DNA of 53,154 nucleotides from an uncultured Acetobacteraceae bacterium (GCA_964249255.1 CAXUBN010000001.1:1-53154); one strand, 5' to 3'. Shown: positions 1 to 9,743, counted from the stretch's first letter. Notes: a model not told the origin generated them from the letters alone. Translations and numbers: made by a program.

Positions 1-659
1 AGGCGGTCGCCGCGCTGCCGACCGTGCTGGCCGGCACCGCCTTCGGCCACCTGCTGCTGCTGCAGGGGGCTGGAACGGCGGCGGCGGCCGCGATGCTCGG
101 CCGAGGTGCCACCTCGTGGCGGCGCCATCTCGCCCTGGTGGCGGTCGGGGTCGTGCTGCTGCTGCAGGTCGGGCATGGCCATGCCTGGTCGATGCGTCGG
201 GAAACCGAACTGCTGCCGGTTTCGGAGGCGTTTCACCTGCTGGCCGGCGCGGTCTGGCTCGGCGGCCTGCTGCCGCTGCTGCTGGCGGTGCAGGTGGCGC
301 CCCCGCGCGCGGGCGCCACCGCCGCACGGTCGTTCTCGATCATCGGCAAGTGGTGTGTGGCCGCGATGGCGGCGACCGCCATCGTCCAGGCCACGATCCT
401 GGTGGGTGGCCCGGCCGCGCTGCTCGGCACCGCTTATGGCCGGGTGGCATGCCTCAAGCTGTCGTTGTTCGGGGTGCTGCTGGGCTTCGCCTGCGTCAAC
501 CGCTACCGTTTGGCACCGGCCCTGCTCGGCGGGGATCCCGAACCGGCACGTCGGCGCCTGGTCGGCAGCATCGCCGTGCAGACCGGCTTCGGCATGCTGA
601 TACTCCAGACCGCGGGCCTGCTTGCCAGCCTGCCCCCCACCATGCACGGTTCTTCCTGA
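1..659 (+). CDS. copD: CopD-family copper resistance inner-membrane protein (5' end outside window)
   Basis: Hydrophobic ORF with CopD-type motifs GHGHA, HLLAGAVWLGGLLPL and YGRVACLKL..NRYRLAP; reading frame is open to the window edge. Confidence 0.8.
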   Translation, partial: AVAALPTVLAGTAFGHLLLLQGAGTAAAAAMLGRGATSWRRHLALVAVGVVLLLQVGHGHAWSMRRETELLPVSEAFHLLAGAVWLGGLLPLLLAVQVAPPRAGATAARSFSIIGKWCVAAMAATAIVQATILVGGPAALLGTAYGRVACLKLSLFGVLLGFACVNRYRLAPALLGGDPEPARRRLVGSIAVQTGFGMLILQTAGLLASLPPTMHGSS

Positions 660-784
660 ACGGCACCACGCGGTTGCGATGAGCGCGCTCCCTGCCGCCA
701 GAGCATTCCCCTTACGATGCGGGGCGGGCGACGGTGTGGACGGGGCTGATGACCATTGGGAAGAACGGCGACCATCACGGAACG

Positions 785-1162
785 ATGGTGGCGAGGCGCA
801 GGTCCCGCCTCGTCGGGCTGCATGGTCTCTTGCTGCTGGCGGGGACGGACGCGCGAGCGCATCCGCCCTCGCCCAACGCCCTCGCCGCCCCGATGCGGAC
901 CGACCTTCAGGGGACCGCACCCGACCACGGCGTCGATGAACGGGTAACGGTGATCGGCCGGCGCCCGGGAATCCGGCTCGCGCCCACCGACGGCTACCGC
1001 AACGACCGCGCACCGTGGGAGGCCAACCGCGCCATCCGCGACACCATGACCGGCGCCGACACCGGCGCCTTCGGCAATGCCTACAACCTCGGCAGCCTGC
1101 TCGGCAGCGATGAACGGAACAACGAGACCGGCGGCCCCTACGTGGCGCCGCCCCACGGCTAA
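785..1162 (+). CDS. Small hypothetical exported protein (start uncertain, 734-785)
   Basis: Basic N-terminus, hydrophobic stretch and ARA cleavage-like site; G/C-rich third codon positions; contains [10 protein letters not shown]. Confidence 0.5.
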   Translation: MVARRRSRLVGLHGLLLLAGTDARAHPPSPNALAAPMRTDLQGTAPDHGVDERVTVIGRRPGIRLAPTDGYRNDRAPWEANRAIRDTMTGADTGAFGNAYNLGSLLGSDERNNETGGPYVAPPHG

Positions 1163-1938
1163 CCGGGCGACGCAGCCGATCCCGCCAGCAGGCCGCCATC
1201 GATGGTGAACTCGGCGCCGGTGATGTAGCCGGCCTCGTCCGATGCCAGCATGGCGACGGCCGCGGCGACCTCCTCCGGCAGGCCGAAGCGCCGCAGCGGC
1301 GTATCCATGACGAACGCCCGCATCCGCGCCGCGCGATCCGGGCCGGTGCCCAGCATCGGCTCCCACATCGGCGTCAGGATCGCGGCCGGATGGACCGAGT
1401 TGCAGCGGATGCGCCAGCCCTGCCCGGCGCAGTACAGCGCCACCGTCTTGGTGTGGTTGCGGATCGCCGCCTTCGAGGACGCGTAGGCGGCGGCCATCGG
1501 GATGCCGACCAGGCCCGACCGCGACGAGATGTTGACGATCGAGCCGGTGCCGCGGACCTTCATGGCGCCGATCGCGTAGCGGCAGCCGAGGAACGTCCCG
1601 TCGAGATTTACCCGGTGGACGGCGCGCCAGTCCTCCAGGCTCGCATGCTCCGGATCGTGCGCCGCCGCCCCCTCCTCGAACCCGGTCACGCCCGCGTTGT
1701 TGACCACGACGTCCGCCACCGGGACGCGTTCGGCCAGACGCTGCCAATCCGCCTCCTCCCGCACGTCGAGCGGCTCGAAGCGGCAGCCGATCTCGCCGGC
1801 CGCCGCGGCGCCGGCCCCTGCGTCGCGGTCGGTGAGGACGACGATCCCACCCTCGTCATGGAAGCGGTGCGCGATCGCTCGGCCGATGCCGCGCGCGGCG
1901 CCGGTCACCACGCAGGTCCTGTCGTCCAGCCGCTTCAT
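1159..1938 (-). CDS. SDR-family oxidoreductase (3-beta-hydroxysteroid dehydrogenase/FabG-like)
   Basis: [17 protein letters not shown] catalytic YxxxK and IDGG C-terminus; GGAG RBS upstream. Confidence 0.93.
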   Translation of the reverse strand: MKRLDDRTCVVTGAARGIGRAIAHRFHDEGGIVVLTDRDAGAGAAAAGEIGCRFEPLDVREEADWQRLAERVPVADVVVNNAGVTGFEEGAAAHDPEHASLEDWRAVHRVNLDGTFLGCRYAIGAMKVRGTGSIVNISSRSGLVGIPMAAAYASSKAAIRNHTKTVALYCAGQGWRIRCNSVHPAAILTPMWEPMLGTGPDRAARMRAFVMDTPLRRFGLPEEVAAAVAMLASDEAGYITGAEFTIDGGLLAGSAASPG

Positions 1939-1950
1939 GCCATCTCCGCC

Positions 1951-2337
1951 CTATGGCCCGGACTGGAACAGGCTCAGCAGGTTGCCGTCCCCATCGGCGA
2001 ACCACGCGACCCTGGAACCGTCCCCCGGCGCCGTCTAGATCCCCAGCGCATCCTGCCCGAGCCCGTCGAACACCCGGAACGCGATGTCGCGGCCGATCAG
2101 CTCGCGCATCGTCACCGCGATGTCGGCGACCTCCCAGCCCAGCACCGTGTGCGGCTGCGGCACGTGGTCCGGAACGGCCGAGATCCGCAGGGTGGTCCCG
2201 TTCAGGTCGAGCACCAGGGCGAACGCGTCCTCGTGCGACACCGCGAAGCCTAGGACGCCGCCATAGAACGATCGCGCCCGCTCGCGGTCCCGGGTAACGA
2301 TGAATGCCATGGTCATGGCCTTGTCCGGAAACCCCAT
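1951..2337 (-). pseudogene. VOC/glyoxalase-family gene interrupted by an in-frame TAG at 2035-2037
   Basis: ARSFYGGVLG and HTVLGWEVADI motifs; the same frame continues past the stop as TAPGDGSRVAWFADGDGNLLSLFQ, matching the VOC C-terminal WF.DPDGN motif, to a TAG at 1951. Confidence 0.8.
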
Positions 2338-2470
2338 GGCCCTTTCCCCATCCTGGAACGATCCGCTTCCCAGTCGGCAATGGCCGGCAATCGATCGTCA
2401 AGGCTGGCATCTTGCTCCGTCGCACCTGCGCGGCGACAACGGGTCGTTGCGCTTCCGGGTGATCCTCGCC

Positions 2471-3358
2471 GTGTTCGATGCCCTCCTCAGTCGTCGCCGC
2501 CTCACCTTCGGCATCACCGCGTTGCTGGCCGCGCGCATGTCGCCACTTCAGGCCGCCTCCGATGCCATCGGCGCGATCGAGCACGCCCATGGCGGCCGCC
2601 TCGGCGTGTTCGCGCTCGATACCGGCACCGGCGCGGTGCTCGCCCACCGCGCCGACGAGCGGTTCCTGCTGGCCAGCACCTTCAAGGGCAGCCTCGCCGC
2701 CATGGTGCTGTCGCGCGTCGATGCCGGCCGTGACGGGCTGGATCAACCGGTGTCGTATGGTCCTCGCGACCTGCTGCCGGTGTCGCCGGTGACGCAGGCC
2801 CACCTCGCCGCGGGCCGGCTCACGGTGGGGGCGCTGTGTCAGGCGATCCTGGTCTGGAGCGACAACACCGCCGCGAACCTGCTGTTGACGCGCGTCGGCG
2901 GCCCCGCGGCCCTGACCGGCTTCATCCGCAGTCTCGGTGACGCCGTCACGCGCTCCGACCGGTTCGAGCCGGTCGGCGGCTGGTCCGGTATGGCCGACAC
3001 CACGACCCCTCGCGCGCTCCCGGGCCTGGCCCGCGCGCAGCTGCTCGGCGACGCGCTGCGGCCTGGCTCCCGCGCGCTGCTGGAACGCTGGATGGCGATG
3101 GCGATGGTCGGCCGCGCGCGGCTGCGCGCGGTGTTTCCGGAAGACTGGACCGGCTGCGACCGCACCGGCACGGCCGGCGGCATCTGCAACGACTACGCGC
3201 TGGCGCGGCGCCCGCACGCCGCCCCGCTCCTCATGGCCGCCTATCACGATGCGCCCGGCCTGTCCGTCGCGGCTCAGGAGGCGGTGCTGCGCGAGGTGGG
3301 CGGCGCCATCGTGCGCTGGTCCGGCGCCAGGCCCAGGCAGCTACATGGCCCGGCCTGA
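2471..3358 (+). CDS. Class A beta-lactamase-like serine hydrolase (probable Tat signal; start uncertain)
   Basis: ADERFLLASTFK (SxxK), SDN, DRFEP (Glu166 equivalent), DTTTP, and DRTG in place of KTG; SRRRL leader followed by a hydrophobic segment. Confidence 0.88.
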   Translation: MFDALLSRRRLTFGITALLAARMSPLQAASDAIGAIEHAHGGRLGVFALDTGTGAVLAHRADERFLLASTFKGSLAAMVLSRVDAGRDGLDQPVSYGPRDLLPVSPVTQAHLAAGRLTVGALCQAILVWSDNTAANLLLTRVGGPAALTGFIRSLGDAVTRSDRFEPVGGWSGMADTTTPRALPGLARAQLLGDALRPGSRALLERWMAMAMVGRARLRAVFPEDWTGCDRTGTAGGICNDYALARRPHAAPLLMAAYHDAPGLSVAAQEAVLREVGGAIVRWSGARPRQLHGPA

Positions 3359-3379
3359 CGGCAAGCCAGGCCGTCCCCA

Positions 3380-4501
3380 TTAACCGCCGGGCGGCCAGCC
3401 GCTGACCGCAGCGCCCCCGAACACCGCGTGCCGGAGCAGGCTTGGGCTTGTCAGCATCGACATCATGCGCGGCTCGGCCGGGGCGCTCGCCGCATCCAGC
3501 GCCGCGCGATGCTCCGGCGCCGTCGACAGATCGAGTGCCGCGATGTTGTCGGCCAGCTGCTCGACCCGGCTCACGCCGACCAGGGTCGTGCCGACGCCCG
3601 GCCGGTTCACCACCCAGGACAATGCCAGTCGCGCCGCGCCGACACCGGCCTCGGCTGCGACGCGACGGAGCTCGTCCACGATGCGCCAGTTGCGCCCGGT
3701 GAACAGCGTGTCCCCGAATGGATTGGCGCCGTCGAGCCGCCTGTCGCCCGTCGGCCGGACGGCACCGTCGATGGCCGCGTCGCGCGGCAGCCCGCCGGCG
3801 CGTGGCGCTCCGGCCTCGACGGCCGTCCGGTCGTACTTGCCGGTGAGCAGGCCGTAGGCTAGCGGGCTCCAAGGCACGATCGACAGGCCGGCATCGAGGG
3901 CGAGCGGCACATGCTCGTCCTCGATGTCGCGGTTGACCAGGGAATAGAAGTACTGGAGCGCGATCGGGCCCGGTAGGTTACGCTCGGCGGCCAGGGTGAC
4001 GAGCCTGGCGCACCACCAAGCCGGCGCGTTCGACACTCCCCAATAGCGGATGCGGCCGCTGCGGACCAAGCCGGCCATGGCCTCCAGCACCTCGCCGGCC
4101 GGGGTGACCCCGTCCCAGATATGCAGCCAGTACAGGTCGACATGGTCGGTCCGCAGCCGGCGCAGCGATCCGTTCAGGGCGGCATGGATGTGCCGGGCAC
4201 TGGCGCCGCCGCCGTGCGGACCCGTTCCGGTCGAGAAGCCGGCCTTGGTCGACAGCACGATGCGATGGCGCAGGGCCCGGTCGGCGATGAAGCCGCCCAG
4301 CATCTCCTCCGACCGGCCGCCCGAATACACGTCGGCGGTATCCACCACGTTGCCGCCGGCCTCAACGTAGGCATCGAAGATCGCCCGGCTACTCGCCTCG
4401 TCCGTGCCCCATCGCGCGGTGCCGAAGGTCATGGTGCCCAGCGCCAGCGGGCTCACGACGAGCCCCGAACGGCCCAGGGTGCGGTAATCGGTCAACTGCA
4501 T
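3380..4501 (-). CDS. Aldo/keto reductase (NADPH-dependent, aryl-alcohol dehydrogenase-like)
   Basis: LGRSGLVVSPLALGTMTFG, DTADVY, STK, DLYWLH, WSPLAYGLLTGKY, GVSRVEQLADN. Confidence 0.93.
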   Translation of the reverse strand: MQLTDYRTLGRSGLVVSPLALGTMTFGTARWGTDEASSRAIFDAYVEAGGNVVDTADVYSGGRSEEMLGGFIADRALRHRIVLSTKAGFSTGTGPHGGGASARHIHAALNGSLRRLRTDHVDLYWLHIWDGVTPAGEVLEAMAGLVRSGRIRYWGVSNAPAWWCARLVTLAAERNLPGPIALQYFYSLVNRDIEDEHVPLALDAGLSIVPWSPLAYGLLTGKYDRTAVEAGAPRAGGLPRDAAIDGAVRPTGDRRLDGANPFGDTLFTGRNWRIVDELRRVAAEAGVGAARLALSWVVNRPGVGTTLVGVSRVEQLADNIAALDLSTAPEHRAALDAASAPAEPRMMSMLTSPSLLRHAVFGGAAVSGWPPGG

Positions 4502-4510
4502 CGACGGGTT

Positions 4511-4583
4511 CCATAGCGATCGTTACGTCACACGAGACACCGCTTGAGCCCGATCGTCAACCGTTTCATAACGACCGCTATGG
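4511..4583. promoter_or_regulatory. Pair of putative TetR operators in the divergent AKR/TetR promoter
   Basis: CCATAGCGATCGTTACG (4511-4527) and CATAACGACCGCTATGG (4567-4583) are inverted copies matching at 15/17, each quasi-palindromic. Confidence 0.65.
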
Positions 4584-5182
4584 ATAATCGGCGACCACGG
4601 GGCCGTCCGCTCTCGTTCGACCGTGAGGCGGCGCTCCATCGGGCGATGCTGCTGTTCTGGCGGCATGGCTACGAGGGCACCTCGATCGATGTCCTCACCG
4701 CCGCGATGGGCATCACGCCGCCCAGCCTCTACGCCGCGTTCGGCGACAAGCGACGTTTGTTCGACGAGGCCGTACGCCGCTACCTGTCGCGGCCCGTCGC
4801 TTCCGGGGCGACCCCCGACGAGGCTCCGATCACGCACGAGGTTGCGGCCGAGCTGCTACGGGCCGCGGCGGAACGCTTCACGGGTCCGGACACCCCGGCC
4901 GGCTGCCTGGTCGCCCACGCGGCGATCAGCTGCTCGGCCGCCGCTGCCGACGTCCAGGTCGCGCTGGCGGCGTTGCGTCGGGAGATCGAGGCGCGGTTCC
5001 GCGAACGCATCGCCGCCGCCGTCGCCACGGGCGCGTTGCCGCCGGGCACCGACGCGGGGGCGCTGGCCGGATACATGATGGCGGTGATCCAGGGCATGGC
5101 CACCCTCGCCCGCGACGGCGCCTCGCGTGACGCGCTGTTGCGGGTGGCGGAGATGGCCCTTCGAGCCTGGCCTGGCACGTGA
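4580..5182 (+). CDS. TetR/AcrR-family transcriptional regulator (ComR-like)
   Basis: RGRPLSFDREAAL..AMLLFWRHGYEGTS..GITPPSLYAAFGDK HTH; GCLV and QGM in the C-domain. Confidence 0.93.
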   Translation: MDNRRPRGRPLSFDREAALHRAMLLFWRHGYEGTSIDVLTAAMGITPPSLYAAFGDKRRLFDEAVRRYLSRPVASGATPDEAPITHEVAAELLRAAAERFTGPDTPAGCLVAHAAISCSAAAADVQVALAALRREIEARFRERIAAAVATGALPPGTDAGALAGYMMAVIQGMATLARDGASRDALLRVAEMALRAWPGT

Positions 5183-5309
5183 TCAGCCTCCGGATCGGGG
5201 CGGATCGGCCCGGTCGCGCAGATGGAGCCGGACGAAGAGAGTGCTGGCGACCCGCAGCACCGTGACCATCATGGCTGCGGCTCGGCGTCAGAAGCATCCG
5301 CCGGACAGC

Positions 5310-5868
5310 CTAGCCAGGCCCACTGAGGTTATACGGGTTCGGTTGGGCACCATCGGCACCTAGCGCCGGCCAGGAGGCACCATGCGGGTCATCGCACGAC
5401 GCGATGAAGTGCCGGAGTATGCTCGTGCCGACGCCCCCGGCGACGTCGCCACGCGCCAAGGCACCGAACCGTTGCAGCGACAACCTGGCGACTGGCGGAG
5501 GCAGCATGATCGCGCCGAGCCTGCCTGCCGTAAAGGTCCGACGACGCCACGGATCGGGCCGCTGATGTCATAGCCGGTCATGGCCGTCCACCATTCGGCC
5601 CAGGACGTGGTCGGAACCGTTCGTCCTTCAGAATGGCTCGGACAGGATCGGGCTCGAGCGGTCGCCGAAACCGATGTCGAACCGTGCCGCGATACCGTTC
5701 ATGGCGCCGGCGACGACCGGGATCGACCAGGAACGGAAACGGGCCTCGCTCACCCACGATCGCATACGCGAAGACTTGGTTGTCCACCACCGAGAGCGGC
5801 AGGATCTCGCGTCCAGGCGGCGCCGCGCCGCTCGGCAACGGAACGATCTCGGCCGGTGGCGGCGCCAA
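5310..5868 (-). pseudogene. Frameshifted and deleted relic of a retropepsin-like aspartyl protease gene
   Basis: Fragments in different frames: LPLSVVDNQVFAYAIVGERGPFPFLVDPG (DTG-like), FDIG, and PVARLSLQRFGALARGDVAGGVGTSILRHF. Confidence 0.5.
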
Positions 5869-5880
5869 GCACGCCGTCGC

Positions 5881-6408
5881 CTAGGCAAGGTCGCGTGCCA
5901 TGACGATCATGCCGTCCAGCCCCGGTCGCACCGGCTTCTCGAACCGGGTCCTGCCGATGGCGCGGAAGCCCCACGCCTCGTAGGCGCGCAGCGCCCAGTC
6001 GGCCGCCTCCATCGCCTCCAGCCATAGATGGGTGGCACCGTCGCGCCGGGCCCGCGCCGTCGCGGCCTCCAGCAGTTGCCGCCCGAGCCCGAGTACGCGG
6101 GCGGGGCCCAGCAGGTAGAGCCGGGACAGCTCGGCACCGCCGGCGCGTCGTTCCACCGGATCCAGGGCGTTCAGCAGCACGACGGCATAGCCGACCACCG
6201 TGCCGTCCACCTCGCCGACCCATACGTGCGCGTCCGGCCGGGCCATGAGATCCACGAAGTAGGCCGGCCCGAACGTCGCCAGATGCGCCGCGAACGCGCC
6301 GGGCAGCTGCCAGAAGCTGCCATACGCCTCCGCGCAGGCGGCCGGCCCGACGATGCCGAGCGGCCCTACATCGTCCGGCGTCGCGGCGCGGACATGCGCG
6401 GCCGTCAT
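5881..6408 (-). CDS. GNAT-family N-acetyltransferase
   Basis: ELSRLYLLGPARVLGLGRQLL acetyl-CoA motif A; LWLEAM..WALRAYEAWGF motif B. Confidence 0.9.
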   Translation of the reverse strand: MTAAHVRAATPDDVGPLGIVGPAACAEAYGSFWQLPGAFAAHLATFGPAYFVDLMARPDAHVWVGEVDGTVVGYAVVLLNALDPVERRAGGAELSRLYLLGPARVLGLGRQLLEAATARARRDGATHLWLEAMEAADWALRAYEAWGFRAIGRTRFEKPVRPGLDGMIVMARDLA

Positions 6409-6649
6409 CGGCGCCCGAGCAAGCGCGTCGCGGACCGGACAGCCCTCATCGCCTTCGGCATATGACCTCGTTCCTTCATGCCTCTCGTCACCATCACATC
6501 ACCGGCGGGCGCCGGTCCACGCGGGAACCGGCGCATCGGCCGATCCGCGGCTCGACGATCGAGACGGTGCGGCAATTATGACTTGACCGTTAATGTTACG
6601 GCCGCGACAGTCCGGCGGCGCCTGGCGCATCTCATGGGAGTTCGGTGAT

Positions 6650-8530
6650 TTGAAGACGCGTCGTGCCAGACAACGGCTTTTCGGTTCGGTCGCACTTGCG
6701 GCGCTTTCCTTGACCATGACCCAGGTTCCGGTGGCCCAGGCCGCCACCGCGGATGCGGACGTGTCCGTCGGCAGCGTACTGGCGCAGACGGTTTACCTGT
6801 CCCTGCGCCGCCCGGCCGCGGCCGAGGCCTACGCCAAGGCGATCCAGCAGCCCGGCGCCTCCTATCACAAGTTCCTGACCACCGCGCAGTTCGTCGCCGC
6901 CTACGCGCCGACCGATGCGCAGATCAAGCAGGTCGAGGCCACGCTGACGCAGCTGGGCTACACGATCGGCTACGTGTTCCCGAACCACCTGGCGATCCAG
7001 GTGACCAGCAGCGCCGGCACCGCCGAGGCGGCGCTCGGCATCAAGCTGCAGCGCGCCACCCGCGCCGGCCGCACCGGGATCGTGCCCAACGGCGCGCCGC
7101 GCATTCCGGCTGCCCTGCAGGGTCTGGTGCGCGGCATTGCCGGGCTCGACACGCTGAACCTGCCGCATCCGATGAAGGTGCGGGCGGCGCTGAGCGCGTC
7201 GAGCACCACCCCGCACAAGGTGACGGGCGCGCTGGTGGGGGGCACCCCCGGCAACTACCTGCCGGCCGATTTCGCTGCCCGCTACGACGTGAACCCGATC
7301 TATGGCCAGGGCATCACCGGCGCCGGCAAGACCATCGGCATCGTGACCCTCGCCAACTTCTACCCGGCCGACGCCTACAGCTTCTACCAGCAGGTCGGCC
7401 TCACCGTATCGCCGACCCGGATCACGGTGGTGAACGTGGACGGCGGCGCCGACATCGCGCCGAGCGATGCGCTGGGCGAGGGCGAGACCGATCTCGACGT
7501 CGAGCAGTCCGGTAGCCTGGCCCCGGGTGCCAACGTCCGGGTCTACATCTCCCCCAACAACACCAACGCCAACTTCATCGACGGCTTCGAGGCGATCGCG
7601 TCGGACAACATCGCCGACACGGTCTCGACCAGCTGGGGCCAGCCGGAGCTGGACTTCTTCGCCGATCCGGCGATGGGTCAGCCTGACAGCACCTTCCTGA
7701 TCGACGCGTTCCACGATGCCTTCCTGGAGATGGCGATCCAGGGCCAGTCCATGTTCGTGGCGGCCGGCGACTCCGGCGCGTTCGATACCGTGCGCGGCTG
7801 CCCCAACAGCGGCACGCCGACCGCGACCAACCCGGTCTGCAACGCGCCGTACGCGGTCGACAGCCCGTCCAACGATCCGCTGGTCACCGCGGCCGGCGGA
7901 ACCACCACCCCGTTCTCGTTCCCGCTCAGGAGCGGTGCGGTGCTGTCGGTGATGCAGGAGCAGGCCTGGAGCTGGAACTACATCGCCACGGAAACGGCGG
8001 CGCAGGGCAAGCCGATCGCGGTATCGGAGCTGTTTTCGGTCGGTGACGGCGGCGGCGTCAGCTCCTACTTCAAGAAGCCCTGGTACCAGGACAACGTGGC
8101 CGGCATCACCAAGACCAAGCCGGGCCAGAGCTTCACCGAGGATTTCGGGGCGGGTCCGGTGACGCAGGTGGTGCTGCCGTCCAACTTCGCCGGTCGCAAC
8201 ATGCCCGACCTGTCGACCGATGCCGATCCGGAGAGCGGCTACCAGCTGATCGAGGAAGGCCAGGTCGAGAACTTCTTCGGTGGCACCAGCTTCGTGGCGC
8301 CGCAGCTGAACGGCGTGACCGCGCTGTTCGACCAGGGCGTCGGCGGCCGCGTCGGGGCGCTGAATCCGCTGCTCTACGGGTTGCAGAACTACGTTTCCAC
8401 CGACATCACCGCGGGCGACAACTGGGGCTACAACGCGGTGGCCGGCTACGAGAACGCCAGCGGCAACGGGGCGCTCGACGCCACTCGGGTCGGGATCGCC
8501 TTGCTGGCGCTGAAGTACTTCAACCCGTAA
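6650..8530 (+). CDS. S53 family (sedolisin/kumamolisin-like) serine-carboxyl peptidase with signal peptide and pro-domain
   Basis: Pro-kumamolisin YHKFLT..QF..AYAP; catalytic ETDLD, AAGDSG and GGTS; RNMPDLS; TTG start with GGGAG RBS. Confidence 0.93.
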   Translation: MKTRRARQRLFGSVALAALSLTMTQVPVAQAATADADVSVGSVLAQTVYLSLRRPAAAEAYAKAIQQPGASYHKFLTTAQFVAAYAPTDAQIKQVEATLTQLGYTIGYVFPNHLAIQVTSSAGTAEAALGIKLQRATRAGRTGIVPNGAPRIPAALQGLVRGIAGLDTLNLPHPMKVRAALSASSTTPHKVTGALVGGTPGNYLPADFAARYDVNPIYGQGITGAGKTIGIVTLANFYPADAYSFYQQVGLTVSPTRITVVNVDGGADIAPSDALGEGETDLDVEQSGSLAPGANVRVYISPNNTNANFIDGFEAIASDNIADTVSTSWGQPELDFFADPAMGQPDSTFLIDAFHDAFLEMAIQGQSMFVAAGDSGAFDTVRGCPNSGTPTATNPVCNAPYAVDSPSNDPLVTAAGGTTTPFSFPLRSGAVLSVMQEQAWSWNYIATETAAQGKPIAVSELFSVGDGGGVSSYFKKPWYQDNVAGITKTKPGQSFTEDFGAGPVTQVVLPSNFAGRNMPDLSTDADPESGYQLIEEGQVENFFGGTSFVAPQLNGVTALFDQGVGGRVGALNPLLYGLQNYVSTDITAGDNWGYNAVAGYENASGNGALDATRVGIALLALKYFNP

Positions 8531-9677
8531 GCCTGACCGCGACGACCGCTTCTCCCTCCGCGGAGGGAGAAGCGGCCTCCCTCGCCCGTGCGGAGGACCG
8601 CATGGGCCGGGATCGACGTGTGCCGATCCGAAGCAGCGTCGCGAACAACCGTCGCCAGGGTTCCTTCCGTCGCTCGGTCAGCTCGGCAGCTGCCAGCACC
8701 ACCACCAGCGTCCCACCCACGATAAGGATCGCCGACTGTTGGCTGCCCAGCGGCCAGGGACTGATTGCGGCCAGGCACTGCGCTACCGGAAAGTGGAACA
8801 GGTAGAGCGTGAAGCTGGCACCCGCCGCCCAATTCACCGGACGCCGCAAGGCCCCGAGCAGTCGCGCCAACCTGGGCGCCACCGCCTGCATGCCGAGCAG
8901 GTGCGCCGCCACCGCGAGCCCGATCGCGTAGTCCAGCCCGATCTCCCGGCGATGCGCGAACAGCGGCATCGGCGGATGGCGCAGCCCGCTGCGCGTCGCC
9001 CAGCCTTCCAGCGCCACCGCCAGCATCAGCCCGCCCACGGCCAGCGCCCACCCGGCACGGGGACCGATGCGACCCTTCTCCGCCAGACGGTGCGCGCCGA
9101 GGCCAAGCAGCCAGATCGGGAACAGCAGCGTCACCCATGGTCCGGCGAACCCCAGCACCAGCGCCGTTGCCGGCAGCCGGAGGGGACCGCGGCCGAACGC
9201 CAGCACGCCGAACGCCACGTAATACCAGACCTCGTAGGCCAGCGACCAGAACGGCCCGTTCGAGCCGGGCATCGATCGCGACCACCAGATCTCGTTGACG
9301 AACAACAGCGAGCGCAGGAACTGCCGCGCGGGATGCAGCGCGGTGTAGCCCCAGGCGGAACCATACAGCGCGGGCGCCACATGGCGGCCGATCGCATCCA
9401 GGATGAAGGTGGCGACCAGCGCCGGCAGCGCCACCGAGTAGATGCGGGCGGCACGGTTGACGGCGTACGCGCCGGGCCCTCCATCCTGATGCGCGACGGT
9501 GTGGCCGATCACGAACCCGGACAGCACGAAGAACACCAGTACCGGGACCACCCAGCCATGTGCCGTGAAGGCGCCGAACCATCCCGGTGTCCAGAGCCAG
9601 CCACAATGGCCGAGAAAGACGGCCAGCGCCGCGAGCAGGCGCAGCAGGTTGAGGTAGGTCGAGAACTCTCGGGTCAT
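8520..9677 (-). CDS. Acyltransferase family 3 (OafA-like) membrane O-acyltransferase
   Basis: LNLLRLLAALAVFLGH, FFVLSGFVI, RAARIY, FWSLAYEVWYY, SFTLYLFH. Confidence 0.92.
   Translation of the reverse strand: MTREFSTYLNLLRLLAALAVFLGHCGWLWTPGWFGAFTAHGWVVPVLVFFVLSGFVIGHTVAHQDGGPGAYAVNRAARIYSVALPALVATFILDAIGRHVAPALYGSAWGYTALHPARQFLRSLLFVNEIWWSRSMPGSNGPFWSLAYEVWYYVAFGVLAFGRGPLRLPATALVLGFAGPWVTLLFPIWLLGLGAHRLAEKGRIGPRAGWALAVGGLMLAVALEGWATRSGLRHPPMPLFAHRREIGLDYAIGLAVAAHLLGMQAVAPRLARLLGALRRPVNWAAGASFTLYLFHFPVAQCLAAISPWPLGSQQSAILIVGGTLVVVLAAAELTERRKEPWRRLFATLLRIGTRRSRPMRSSARAREAASPSAEGEAVVAVRLTG
8546..8575. repeat. Perfect 30-bp palindrome (terminator or REP-like hairpin) at a convergent gene junction
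   Basis: CCGCTTCTCCCTCCG immediately followed by its reverse complement CGGAGGGAGAAGCGG. Confidence 0.8.
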
Positions 9678-9743
9678 GCCGCAGGATGGGGCTTAAAACT
9701 GAATGCCGTGATAACGGGTGGCCGGTTGATGCATTGATGAAGG

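Noticed and set aside
2300-2470. N-terminal extension of the beta-lactamase ORF
   Set aside because: Overlaps the divergent VOC start and promoter region; the signal peptide begins near 2471
8520-9677. Acyltransferase-3 as the ExoZ/ExoH-like tailoring enzyme of the EPS locus
   Set aside because: About 14 kb away, host-like GC and no linkage evidence; cannot be excluded but is unsupported
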